Assembly (NCBI GenBank): GCA_043228905.1
Contig: JBHGNT010000016.1
Coordinates: forward strand, 3,100,001 to 3,164,000
Direction: 5' to 3'
DNA from: Azolla caroliniana
Lineage: Eukaryota > Plantae > Polypodiophyta
Length of the DNA: 64,000 bases
Positions 24,412-37,700 of the stretch are shown here, one piece after another. The translations under genes were made by a program, and so were the position numbers. Position 1 is the first letter of the stretch. Each line of letters opens with the position of its first letter. Below the pieces are notes generated by a model. That model searched no databases and was not told the DNA's origin. It saw only the letters and a list, made by a program, of their open reading frames with translations.

Positions 24412-27400
24412 ATGGCGTGGCCTGAATCGCGTCTACTTCAACCTCAGAGCTCCCACGATAGAGACAACGACACAGTAGGAATTGTTTCGTCTGCTTCAAC
24501 CGAGAAGGAAAGAGATAGAGAGGCAGCAGCCGATGAAGAATCAGAAGGACAGAATCAGAGGCCCAAGCGTCACCATCTTCCCCTTCTGCACTCTTCTTAT
24601 TCTTCTTCTGCTAAAACCACAACTACGACAATGACACCGTTTTCTTCCCCTGGACCTCCTCATCGGGATATTTATTCGTCTTCTTCAGCTCGTTTCTCTG
24701 CCAAAGAAGAATCAAAAGAAGGAGGAGGAAAAAAAGATATAGAAGAAGAAATAGGAGACGATTCCTCTGAAGAGGATGATGACGATGACGATGACGATGA
24801 GGAGCTTTCATATGCAGAGATTCTTCGATCTAGGAACAAGTTCTCTGATGCACTCTCCATCTACGAAAGGATACTTGATAAGGAGCCCGGAAGTGTTGAA
24901 GCTCATTTAGGAAGAGGAATTTGTCTTCAAGTTCAAGGATTTTCTCAGCGGGCATTCGAAAGCTTTGCTCATGCCCTCACCTTGGATCCGAAGAATGCTT
25001 GTGCTCTCACTCATTGTGGTATATTGTACCGAGAAGAAGGTCATCTAATTGAAGCTGCAGAGGTATTGCGTATCTTACTTTTAAATTACTTATTCATGTT
25101 TGAATCTCTGCTTAATGATGTTTTCGACTATGCATTTTGTCATATTACAGTCTTTGTGTTCATACCCATGTTTAAATCTATGCCTAATGTTTCTGCCAGT
25201 ATGCATGTCATACTACCTTGTCTTTCTTCTTTTGTTTCATTTTCACTAGTTCATGCCAACTTGTCTTTCTCTGGCTTGAATCTCTGCAAAATGTTTTTCT
25301 TTATCCACTTCCAGATGTTATTAGAAATAATTACTTTCTCCTTGGGTAATGGATCAGCTACCATATTATTTCTTGTTGAATCATCAAGTATTTGATATTA
25401 AACTAAATTTAATCACAACTTCTGAGCTGACATGAAATTAGGCATCTGTTGATGATCTTCTAGATGGAATATGGATAAAAAAGCATTTGACAGTAAACTC
25501 AAATTAGTGATGAAATAACCTAATTGCTTGTTTTGGATCTCAGGAATTATTGTTGATACTAAATCAATTTTAATGGTAAATCATCTAAGATTTTTTTGCT
25601 AATTCTGAAAGTGGTGAATAATCACTTTGGCATGATGTATTTTTTGGTGCTCTAGGAAAAAACCATTTTTTTTGGAATATGTAGAATTTTACAGAAAATT
25701 CAAAAGCAGATTTCCCGGTTTGAATAAATTAAATTTAGTGAAGAAATTATTTAATCTGCATTTTCAAGGAGAAATTGTGTGTATTTGTCTTCAGGGATTG
25801 CTGTATTGGTTTTCGTGGTGAGCAACCTGTTTTGAATCATGCATTTTGTGGCGATCTTGTTGCTATATGAATCAGTTAGCATGTTTTAGGGCTAAAAAAT
25901 TGATTGGTGACATTGTAATGCTAAACTGGCTCTTTGGAAAATGGAACTAGCCAGTTGTTTGTAGCAAAATAATATTATCAACAAGATGATCTTATTGCAC
26001 TTTCGCGTAGACCTTTAACGCATCCATTGTCTGAGGAATTTTTCTTGTTGTTAAGCAAATTAAATGAGAGTTTATCTAAGTTCATTTCATTTAGGGGGCT
26101 GATATTAGTGGTGGAAAATTTTAACTACAGTTAATAGAGAACATTTCGTGCATTCTTCATCCTAAGATGGTGGTTGATGATTTTAATGTTGAACGATAAA
26201 AGTGCACGTCATGGAAAACTTTGCAGCATAATAGAATTTATTTTACTGATTGAAGTGGATATCAAGGATATGAAATTTTCAATATGGTTGTCTATATTGA
26301 ACATTTGATCTTCAAGGCTTTGCCAATATTGTGGAAAATCCTCATCTTTATCTTTCTTCTGGGTTCAGGCATGTCAGAAGGCTTTATTTGCTGATTCAAG
26401 CTACAAGCCTGCATCTGAGAACCTTGCAATGGCTTTGACAGATCTTGGGACAAATTTGAAGCTGTCAGGAAATGTTCAGCAAGGGCTTCAGAAATATTGT
26501 GATGCCTTAAAAGCAGATAGTACTTATGCAGTAAGTAATTGTCTTTCAATACAACAGATTTGGTGGATAGCACCGTAAATTGATATAATTTTTTGGACAC
26601 CTGTTACAATCTTGATCACCAGATGATGGTTGCTCTACCCTAGCAATGGCTAGCTGGAGAGTGGTGAGGCCTAGCACATGCTCTATATCTTTTGACTCTG
26701 ACCTTTCACCAACCCCCCATAATCCCATCATAACGATGCATGTATGACATAGCACATATGTACAATGTACTAGCATATTGCACACCTTGTAGCTGTTCAT
26801 TCCTGCGGTTTCAATGTGTTGTTTCCTAACTCTGCCCCTCTGTGATTGGAAGGCATTAGCAAGAAAGCTTGAAGCTTCACATATTCTTGTTATGCTGAGC
26901 AACAAAAATAAATTACTAGAATTTAAACCTCATAAATCTTATATTTAAGATAAAAGAGCCCATTTATTATGAAATTGGTGATTACTTACAATTTTGAAGT
27001 ATACATGATGTGCATTTGGAGATTACAGATATCACAAGTTTGAATCAGAGCCAAAGTGCTAGTTAGTGATTTGGCTTTTTAGGCAAATAAGAGATTTTCG
27101 TCAAATTGTACAGTTGTGGTAATTCATTTATGTAAATTACAGCCAGCTTACTACAACCTGGGAGTTGTTTATTCTGAGACGATGCAGTTTGATCTAGCTC
27201 TTCAGTGCTATGAGAAAGCAGCCCACCACAGGCCTATGTATGCTGAAGCATTTTGCAACATGGGGGTTATTTACAAAAATCGAGGAGATTTGGATTCAGC
27301 AATTGCTTGTTATGACAGGTATTTCTTTGTGAACTGAGACTTGACAGGGATTGGAAAATCATCTTGATTATACGATAATTCAGGGGGCTGATATCAATGC

Positions 27401-30400
27401 AGGTGTTTGGCTGTGTCTCCAAACTTTGAGATTGCAAAAAATAATATGGCTATAGCACTTACCGACTTAGGTACAAAGGTATGTTTTCCAATTACATCAT
27501 CTCTTACATGGTGTGAAAATTTCATGATTTAACTAGTGAGAAAATATTAACTGAACTGTCAGTTCTGTTCTTCTACCAACACTCTTGTATTTTCTCATTT
27601 AGTTTCCAGTTTCTTTTGCTGTTCGTATTATGCAGGTAAAACTTGAAGGTGATATCCATCAAGGGGTAGCATATTACAAGAAAGCTCTTTTGTACAATTG
27701 GCATTATGCAGATGCATTGTACAACTTGGGTGTTGCATATGGAGAAATGCTCAAATTTGACATGGTAGGATTAAGTTTAAGATTAAGATGAAGATGAAAA
27801 TCATCTAATTTTAAGGTTGAGAAATTGGTATGATTAATTGTATAGACCTTGACTGCAGGCTGTTATAATGTACGAGCTTGCGCTGCATTTTAATCCTCAT
27901 TGTGCTGAGGCATGCAACAACCTTGGAGTTATTTACAAGGACAGAGATAACCTTGATAGAGCTGTTGAGTGTTACCAGGTCTGTCAAGCAGAGGCCATCT
28001 CTCATCTGTGGTTTGAAAATGTTTGAATATTTTGTAATTTGAAGTTCATATTGACTAGGAATAAGTACAATTCAGTTACATAAATAAAACTCTCATGTAA
28101 GCAGTGATGTGGTTAAGAATCAAATGACGCAATACTGATCATGTTGCGTGTGTAATGTCAAATATTTCCACATTTTTGGGACTAGTTCGATATAAATAAA
28201 AATGTTATGAGCAGAGGTAAAACTATCTTTAGAATTACCTCTGTCATGTTCTCTTTTCATTATATAGATCAAGATATTTCTTTTTTGAAGAATCTGTCTC
28301 ACTGAAAGACATTGAAAATATTGATGTCACATATACATTCTATTTGGAATTGCATGAGCGGAAAGCTTCCAAAGAGGACTCAAGTATACTATTATTATTT
28401 AGGTGCCATAATATCACGTGTGCAACATTTAATTCGTGTGTTATGATGTCCTTTTAAAAAGCAGCCCACTCTCATTGACTGATGAAGCACTACTTTGGGA
28501 ATGTCATCTAGCCCGCCCCACAATTAGATACCTGTGCAAGAAGAGCACGCTTCCGAGGAGGGGGTAGATATGTTATTATTTCGGTGACATAAATACCATG
28601 GGTGCAGCTTAGAAATCATATGTTGGGATTTCTCTTTAAAAAGCAATAAACTCTCATTCACCTATAAAGCAATATTTGGAAATCGCATCTAGCTAATCAT
28701 ACAAAATATTAAAGAGATACCTCAATACAGCAGACACGAATATTCTATGATGCATATTCTTGTAATTCAGTGAGGATTTGATACTTTCATTGCTTACCTC
28801 ACCTGTCAGGATGTAAAATTTCTGTACTTAGACAGGCCAATAAATGCAATTTAACTTTAATATGCTTTCTTGTTGTATCACAGATGGCACTTTCCATCAA
28901 GCCAAAATTTTCCCAGTCACTTAATAATCTTGGAGTAGTCTATACTGTCCAGGTTTGTTGAAAATATTGGGGCTTTGGATTGTAGCATGGCATCTATAAT
29001 ACATGTATTTGAATTCCTATGCAGGGTAAGATGGATGCTGCTGCGAGCATGATCCAGAAAGCTATAATGGCAAATCCCTCTTATTCTGAGGCATACAATA
29101 ATTTAGGTAAAATCTTTATTGCCTAAAGTATTCCTGGTTTGGTTTGAAAGGCAACATCTACAAAATGGTTTCTATTTGTTTACTTTTTCAATTTTGCAGG
29201 TGTTTTGCACAGAGATGCTGGCAACATTTCTCTTGCTATAGAAGCATATGACCGCTGTCTACAAATTGACCCCAATTCACGCAATGCTGGTCAGGTATGA
29301 TACTGGTCATTATTTGAAGGAGTTAAAGTGGCACAATTGATTTTTCATCATGAATATTGTTGCAGAATCGACTACTAGCGATGAACTATATTTATGAGGG
29401 TGATGATGACCGACTTTTTAATGCCCACAGGTTGCCACTGAATCTTTGTTTAGTTTCCTGCAATTCTTAGGTTTCCTTGAGTATCCTTGCGTTGAGTCAC
29501 AACAGTTTCGTCAATTTTAGATCTTGCCTTTTGGATGTTGTTGTGGTTCCAGAACTTATGATGTTTCATGACATGTTCAGAGATGACCAATTTTTGTGGT
29601 TTCAACCTGATGAATTGTACTAATAATATTTATCTTTGTTGTATTTTACAGAGACTGGGGCAAACTGTTTAGCAAGCTTTACCCAAAATTCACCACTTGG
29701 GACCACACAAAAGATCCTGATCGTGCTCTAGTGATTGGCTATATTTCACCAGACTACTTCACACATTCTGTCTCCTACTTTGTGGAGGCTCCACTTGCGC
29801 ATCATAATTACTCAAACTACAGAGTAGTCGTCTATTCTGCAGTTGTGAAGGTGATTTTGATATGTGCTTCAGCGTATTCAAATGTTTCAATGTAGTCATA
29901 TTGATTCATTTCCTGATGATGCTAGGGTGATGCTAAAACACTTCGTTTAAAGGATATGGTCATCAAGAAAGGTGGTACTTGGAGAGACATCTATGGTATA
30001 GATGAAAAGGTTGTAGCCAGTCTTGTGAGGGAAGATAAAGTTGACATCTTGGTTGAGCTGACTGGACACACAGCCAACAATAAGCTTGGTGTATTAGCTT
30101 CCCATCCTGCACCTGTTCAGGTAGCTCTCCACTAATCTACTTGCAATTATTCTTGTGGGCAATGCAGAGAGCAGGGTTTGTTTTCAAGTGTTAAAGAGGT
30201 TCTTTTCAGGCCACATGGATCGGTTATCCGAATACAACTGGACTTCAAACAATCGACTACCGGTTCACAGATGCTTTGGTGGACCCTCCATCAACAAGAC
30301 AAAGGTATATAATACTGTTAAGGCTTGAAATTTGGACGCTTAACATTATCTTAGTCAGTTGAAACTCAATTGCAGACATGTTGAAGAGCTGGTGAGGCTG

Positions 30401-31745
30401 CCGGGCTGTTTTCTCTGCTATACACCATCTCCAGAAGCAGGAGCAGTAGTTGAATCACCAGCTATTTCCAATGGCTTTGTTACGTTTGGGAGTTTCAACA
30501 ACCTTGCTAAGGTTTAAACCTCTGATACTTCCTGTTTTGTTCAAGTAGGCATTTGGATTTTATTGAATTCCATGTCATGTACAGATAACACCTCGAGTAG
30601 TTTGTGTTTGGGCAAAGATACTTTGCGCTATGCCGACCTCAAGATTGATAGTAAAATGTAAACCCTTCGGTTGTGAAAGCATAAGAGAGTCATTTCTTGC
30701 TAAACTGGAGCAGCATGGAGTAGAACCGAGCCGTGTTGATCTTTTACCATTGATACTTTTGAATCATGACCACATGCAGGCATACTCTCTGATGGATATC
30801 AGGTTTGTGTGCAACGTACAAGAGTCAGTCATCTTTATTTTATAAGCTAGCTCTGAGTAGCCATGCATACATTTACTGATACACATACATGCAGATATTG
30901 TTATTACATATAATAAGTATCATAAAAAAGCAAAATATATTAGTACTACCACAATAGAAGGCAATATGGAATTCAAAGTTTTATAATTCAATGTATTTTT
31001 TTGTAATCGAGATATGAAGGTTATTGCTATTTTGTCATGGCTTTTTTTTTGCATGCGGTTTCTTAATGAAAATATTGTTTTATACTTCAAGCAGTTTGGA
31101 TACTTTCCCATATGCTGGCACCACTACAACATGCGAATCTCTATATATGGGAGTACCATGTGTTACCATGGCAGGGTTAGTTCATGCTAATAATGTTGGG
31201 GTGACACTTCTACATCAAGTTGGTAATACTCTTGTGTTTTATCAATTGCTTTCTTGTGACACCACTTTGTCAACCTGGGGTCTGAAGATAACTGGTATAT
31301 TTCTTAATCATAAATAATTGCAGGACTTGAGAAACTAATTGCAAAAACAGAAGATGAATATGTGAGCAAAGTGCTTCACCTTGCATCAGACATCACCACA
31401 CTGGCCAAGATAAGAATGACTCTAAGAGAACGTATGTCTAAGTCCCGTCTTTGTGATGGCAGCACCTCCGTTCGAGATCTTGAGGCAGTATACAGAAGGC
31501 TATGGCATAGATATTGCAATGGTGATATGCCTTCTCTGTCAAGTCACAGAAGATTAAGCGAGAAACTTGGCCTAAGGAATTCAATTGAAGAGCCTAAAAA
31601 TGACATGAACTCAAAGGAGCACCATTTCAACTCCATGAGTGTTCCCAATGGTCTAGATTGTACAGTAGCACTTATGTCATCGGAAGGTAGAAATGATGTT
31701 TCTACAGGGAAGCCATCGAAACAAAATCCTAGCCAACCTAGTTAG
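24412..31745 (+). CDS. SPY: SPINDLY, TPR-containing protein O-fucosyltransferase (GT41), about 17 coding exons
   Basis: TPR exons ([46 protein letters not shown]) and catalytic motifs [41 protein letters not shown] and [21 protein letters not shown]. All introns traced are GT-AG. Confidence 0.97.
28364..28695. repeat. Diverged tandem duplication (about 185-bp period) in a SPY intron
   Basis: gcttcc.a.gagg...ttattattt.ggtg.cataaata.ca.g.gtgca...tttaaaaagca...actctcatt.ac..at.aagca...tttgg.aat..catctagc occurs twice. Confidence 0.7.
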
Positions 31746-34700
31746 ATAGCCAAAGTCTTGTGAATCGTCTTTATTATTTGTTGTGGACATAACAGAGGAA
31801 AAGTATGCGGGAAAGACCCCCTTGGAAGTAGTCACAGCATCAGTTGCTGTGGGAGGCCACCATACTGATCACTGTTCATTGTATAGAACACCGACCAGCT
31901 CCAAGCAGAGGCTATTCAGATGCTTCAATATGGTATCCATCATGAGCATGTAATGGTAATAGATAGGACACAGGAAACACGGTGGTAGTTTGCAATATTT
32001 CATCTGGACTCCATTGGCTATATGCTAAACTACAGAGGTAACATGGTAACTTATAATATAAAAGAAACATATACCTTAACTATCGTGAGCGTCCCTCCAC
32101 ATACATGCTGATAACATTAGTGAAATGTATGCAATTTAAGATCATGCAAGGATCTTGAGTTTATGGAGTCTGTATTAATCCCCTCAAGAAGGGTTCAGAG
32201 GTTTGTAAATTACCACTGATTTGTTTCAAAAGATTCCATGAATGTGGTTCGTGAATGAGTGCTTCAGGCAGCAATGGTATAACAAGCTCCCCTTTTCTGA
32301 TAAGTTGTGTGGATGTTTTATGGTTTTCCATGTATTTGTGATGTTGAGGGATATGATTTCTACCAATTTTGTAACTCTTATCTACAAAACATTCTTGGGA
32401 AGAACTCGTAAGAGTTTGGTGCATACAAATGTATTAGTAATGGGTGAACCACTGGGGATTTGAACAACAATTAGGACAGTATTTGACTGACCTTTGTGTC
32501 TCTCAACCAATAGGGAAGAGGTCTATGGTGTGGAACTTTTTGGTGTTACATATTCTAGGTAAGGCTGTTTGCTCCAGATTAAGCACTCAATAATATTAGA
32601 ATCCTATCAGCAAAATCTTTCCAATCTTAGGTTTCTTAGTTTTCTGAGACCACTTTGTTGTTTTCTTGGTGATACTATAGTCACATTATTGTCCTGTTCC
32701 TTAATTTGTATTTTTGTCATTTACTCACCATCCTTGTAATCTACCTCTTCGTTATTTCTTCTGCATGGTCAGTTCTACCTTTCCTGCCCTACTAATTTCT
32801 GACCAAGGACGACCTGCATCACAAGTTTTTAATGTGTTCAACCTGTTCAATAACTATATTGCATTGATTGTATTAGTGGTTATGGTCTTTCTAGCAAATC
32901 GTTTAGGGCTTGTGAATGTGATAAGGAATGTAGTTATTGTCTGACCATTTTGTCGTACAAGTTTTAGAACACAACAAAAGTTTGCACATGCATTTGTTAT
33001 GTCATTACTAATAGTACATGTTTTTTTAGGACCTAGTGTAGTTTATTGGCCTAGAGTTCAACATATATAGATATAAAATTATGTGTACCAAGAGAATCCT
33101 TTTTATATGTGCAAAAAATACATAAATGTTTGTAATATTTGCTTTATAATAGTCATGCCAACTAACACTAAATGATGATAGTTTCGTACCTCAATAGCAT
33201 TAACCACTTTTGACAGGGATGCAACGTGTCTTCTTCATTGGTTATCGATTGTAAGAATGAGGGTAGACATTGTTTTTAACCACGCTATAGGAACTTCATG
33301 TATGTTTTCGCTCATTTGCCTCCCTTGCTTTTAGAGAAAAATGCTAGTTGAAACTTCACCTAAATTTAATGTGTAGATAAATACTACTAATTCATATAAA
33401 TTGCCCATCCCGTTATTTTCCCAAATAGATCCTCATTGTTTGGAATCTGGGTAGAGTTAAGTCTACTTTTAAATATCACAATTTCGTGCTCCCATTCTTT
33501 CATAGTTTTGTATATGCCTACGAAGGACCAACAAACATTTAAACACAAGCTAAGATTATGACTTTGATTTTGTTAAATCTTCAAGAATGTCATCTAACTA
33601 TGATTTGCTAGCACAAGCATTGGTAGCAACATAACAATTATAATTATTCCATAGATGTTTTTTATAGTTAACTTGTCTAATGGCAATTGAGCCCAATATA
33701 TGGTCAGTAGAAGTATGGTTTCTATTCACAAGTGCGAATATTTTTTTCTAGCAACAAAATGAACCAAAGAATAATTAACTTTTCAAGCCACGAATTAGTC
33801 CAAGACATCATGAACATATAATGATATATTAATAGTCATGTAGGCTAGATGCACATATGCTATCTTGATGAGAACTAGTTCATCTACCGAACTTGATCGT
33901 TATCGCATAAAAGTACTCTTGGGGCTAACTAGCAATAGGGTTCTTGAGTTGTGCACTTCTTCTTGCTATGCTCATACATTAATATACTCAATTAGGCCAA
34001 AGGTATACTTGCACTAGTATATGATTGTGAGGTGGTGTATGCTCATGGCATGTTGTAAGTTTCCCCTTTAGTGGTAATTATATGATGATATAATTTAATC
34101 TAATAATATTTAATCTAACTTGGTTAATGACAATTGGGCTTGAACATTAGCTAGATTTTCCAACGACAATTGAGCTCGAGATAAATAGGAATTGGGTTCA
34201 ACTATCAAATGGACATAGGGGTCAATTGAGTGTTGATTGGACCTAGGTGTTCAATCGAACCTATCTAATGAGAATCAAAGTTGTGGCAAATGACAATCAA
34301 AATGACATTGGGGGTGGAGGTGGAGGTGGAGGAATAATTTGATAGTGTCACCACCTCTAAACAAATAAAGTTATGTGAGAATTAAATGAACCCAAAACAG
34401 AAATCATTTTGATCTAAAATAAAGAAGTACTCATTAAATGTCCACTATGATTCCAAATTAGTTAGTAAAAAATTCAACTATTCAAACATAATCATTTCAA
34501 CGGTTATTCAATGGATTGTGAAACTTGTACCACTTCTTACAATTAATCAAGTAAGCCCTAAGATTGTTTTCTTTATTTAACAACGATTGTATCAACAAGT
34601 ACCCTTCTACATGAGAGAATTCGATGATGTCAAGAAGTTCCAAGAACCAAACATGGGTCACTCGTGTCCTTATCATCATCAAACTTTGGTCACTCGTGTC

Positions 34701-37700
34701 ACAAAAAGATGGTATTTGTAGGCCCTATCTTTAAATTGGTTGAATTTGCAATCGCTAGATTAACTTCAAAGATATTTCAATTTCTCAAGAACCAAACATG
34801 GATAATTTATGTGTATCATCATTATCAAAACTTGGGTCACTGGTCTCTTCATTGTTATTGGGTCATTGATGTCTCAAGAAGATTGTATTCATAGTGGGGG
34901 GCTGCTCATTCAAAATTTGAACAAATAACTAAATTTGTCACTAGAGTTTGAAATTTGAATGATTGCCAATTTCCATGATCTTCCTCACCTACAACTAGAA
35001 ACATTCATGGTAACTTTATTTTCTCTCAATCAACCAAAATGCTTGCTAGTGTAGAAGTTTATTGGCATTTTCTTTAATACAAAAGAAATAGCCCATATTT
35101 CACATACGTAAATTTCATGAAAATGTGGTTTTATGGAGGGGCAAAAACATTTCATTCATTTTCATATGTTTACCCAATATATAAATTAGACCAGTTTTCA
35201 CAAGCCCACATGCTTATGACTTAATCATACTAGCCCGAGAAATTTATTTGCACTTATCGTATTGATGAAGTTAGTATGGTCAACTCTAATTACATGCATC
35301 TAATGAGTCTAACTAGTAGAAGTTATAAATGGGAATGAGGATTTCTCGATAGCTACTGGTAGGCTCCACTAGTCAATATGAAACATGCACATTGATTTCT
35401 CTCTCTTTCACACAATCGATGAGAAAAATTACACTTTCATGGGTATAACTCCAAGCTTTGCTTTGTTTACATATATATCTTTTGATCACTGAAAGACCAA
35501 AGTTTGTCTCACCTCATGACATTTTATGTATTCTTAGGAATCTTAGTTTGTTTGTGCATGTCTTCAAAAGAGTACAACCAAAGTTATAACTAATGACCTT
35601 AAATTACCAATGCTAGTTAACCATCATCCATAATGGTCATTTTCAAAAGCCTGCTAAGTTTAAATGAATCAACATAGATTCCATTTCAATGTAATTCTAC
35701 TACACATATTTAGTGCATGAATAAGACGCAAGCATGACTGTAAGTTTTAGCATGCGTGTATGTAATGAAAATGTAATTTGCAACAAGCAAAGTTACAACA
35801 ATTGGAGTTTCATGGCATCTGGGACCAAGGAATATATTTTATAGATGGATTTCTAATAAGGTGGAGTGGTTCTACTCTATACTAAGGTATTTATTTAACC
35901 CGACAATTAGAACTTAGCATGGCTTAAATGTACATATTTTAGATATAGCCTTAGGGCATTTTCTTAATACTAATGTCATAATTCGAAATAAATAAATAAA
36001 TGTACTCATTACGTGCATGTTTCAAGAACCACAAAGTTGTCGAGTTTCCATTCTCATGAGTCACATCTTTATAATACTAGACCTTCAGACAAAGAGTGAT
36101 GATCAATTTATGCATGAAAAAATTTACACGAAGTACTTTGATATTGAATTACTCATTATTCCCCATGACTCAAATTCCACTTTTGTTTCATCCTCAACAA
36201 CACAAGTACAAAGCCCAAGCTCTCAACTTGTTCGTTTCATGATAAGCAGTGAGAATTGGTCACAAATTCTAGTATACATCTCAATCATCTCAGTATTCGA
36301 GGCCCTGCCAAGTTCCAACATTTAGTCTTGAGGGTTTGCATAACTATTAGTTATAGGTCACGACAACTTTGATTGTGATTGGGTTACATGGCACCAATTT
36401 CCATAGGAAATTGAAAAGAGTGAGTTCCTTGATACCCACCTCTTTTGGACATTGCAAATCGAGAGGTCAAAAGTTCTTCCAATGTACTAGCTTCGTTTTC
36501 GAATAATATGATTGATATAATTACCAAGTTCTAGATGTGAGATCGTGACTTTATCTCCTGACAACAAACTCTGTTGTCTTGCATCCTATGTAAAAAATTA
36601 CCTTTACTACAAATCTTTTGAGACAAGTTTTTGACCAAATATAGTTGAAACCTTGAGAAGTAAATGCTTTGATTTCACACATTTTAATAGAAAATCATAA
36701 AAAAAGGGATCATGACCATGGTCCATCATACATATGGTATTTTTCATAGTATTGAAACTACCCTTAGTCAAGTTGTAGAAAACGTGACACATGCAAGCTA
36801 TTAAAGAAAAACAACTTAAAATATATATCGAGCTTATTAATTATGATGCAACACAATTGGTGTGAAGTAAACAAAATTCCTAGTCAGATCAAACATGTTA
36901 TAATGAATATGCTAGCTAATGACCAGAGAAACTTAACCAACTCTAATTGTTTATTTCTAATCCAAGTTGAACCACAAGATTCCCTTTTTTTTTAGCCTTT
37001 TAAAATTCTTCTTTAATAGTGTATATCTAGTCCAAACATTACTTGCACACTTCACTTTTTATTAAGGTTTGGACTAAGAAAAGTATACTTTCATCTTTCT
37101 ACCGCTTGAACCAACGGCAATTTCAATACTATGAAACATATGCGGTGAATAATCGACATACCCAATCCCATATATGAGGTGTATTTGTGATGTTTTCCAT
37201 GTTGTTTTCCCTTCTTCTCGGGATAGTACTTATCGTAAACCCCCAATAAGTAGACTTCAAAGGAACTTAAGTTTATTAGATAATGTAAACATACACCACT
37301 AATAATAGTGATCAAGTAGATCAATCAAGCCTTTCATGTTAGGGATATACGAGCACACAAAGCTTCAACAAAGTTAACAAGCCCATGCATAGTGACCACA
37401 AATGTCACACAAAATGCACGGAAGTACCATTTCTCCTTGCATTGTGTCCTTTTGCTTCCATTTTTGGGAAAACATTTACTTCTATGTTTGTATGCACAAA
37501 ACAGTGATGTTTTTGATGCTTCGTTTATGAGAAAGCATTGCGAGTTTGCATGACCTCAACGATAACAACTAGGTTTTTAGTTTATGATGCAAATCATTGA
37601 AAAGAAAATAACTCGGAAAAATGAACAAACCCTATTTCATTTATCTTTCACATTTAGGGGCATTATAAGCAAACCGATTTGGGGGGATGGGGGGCCATAC

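Noticed and set aside
23889-24499. ORFs with MYLCIYVF repeats; the repeat array as CRISPR-like
   Set aside because: Translation of a spacer-less octamer satellite in a eukaryotic promoter.
25063-25395. Hydrophobic C-terminal part of the 327-aa ORF as a TM domain of SPY
   Set aside because: Read-through into intron 1 after the donor GAG|GTATTG at 25062/25063.
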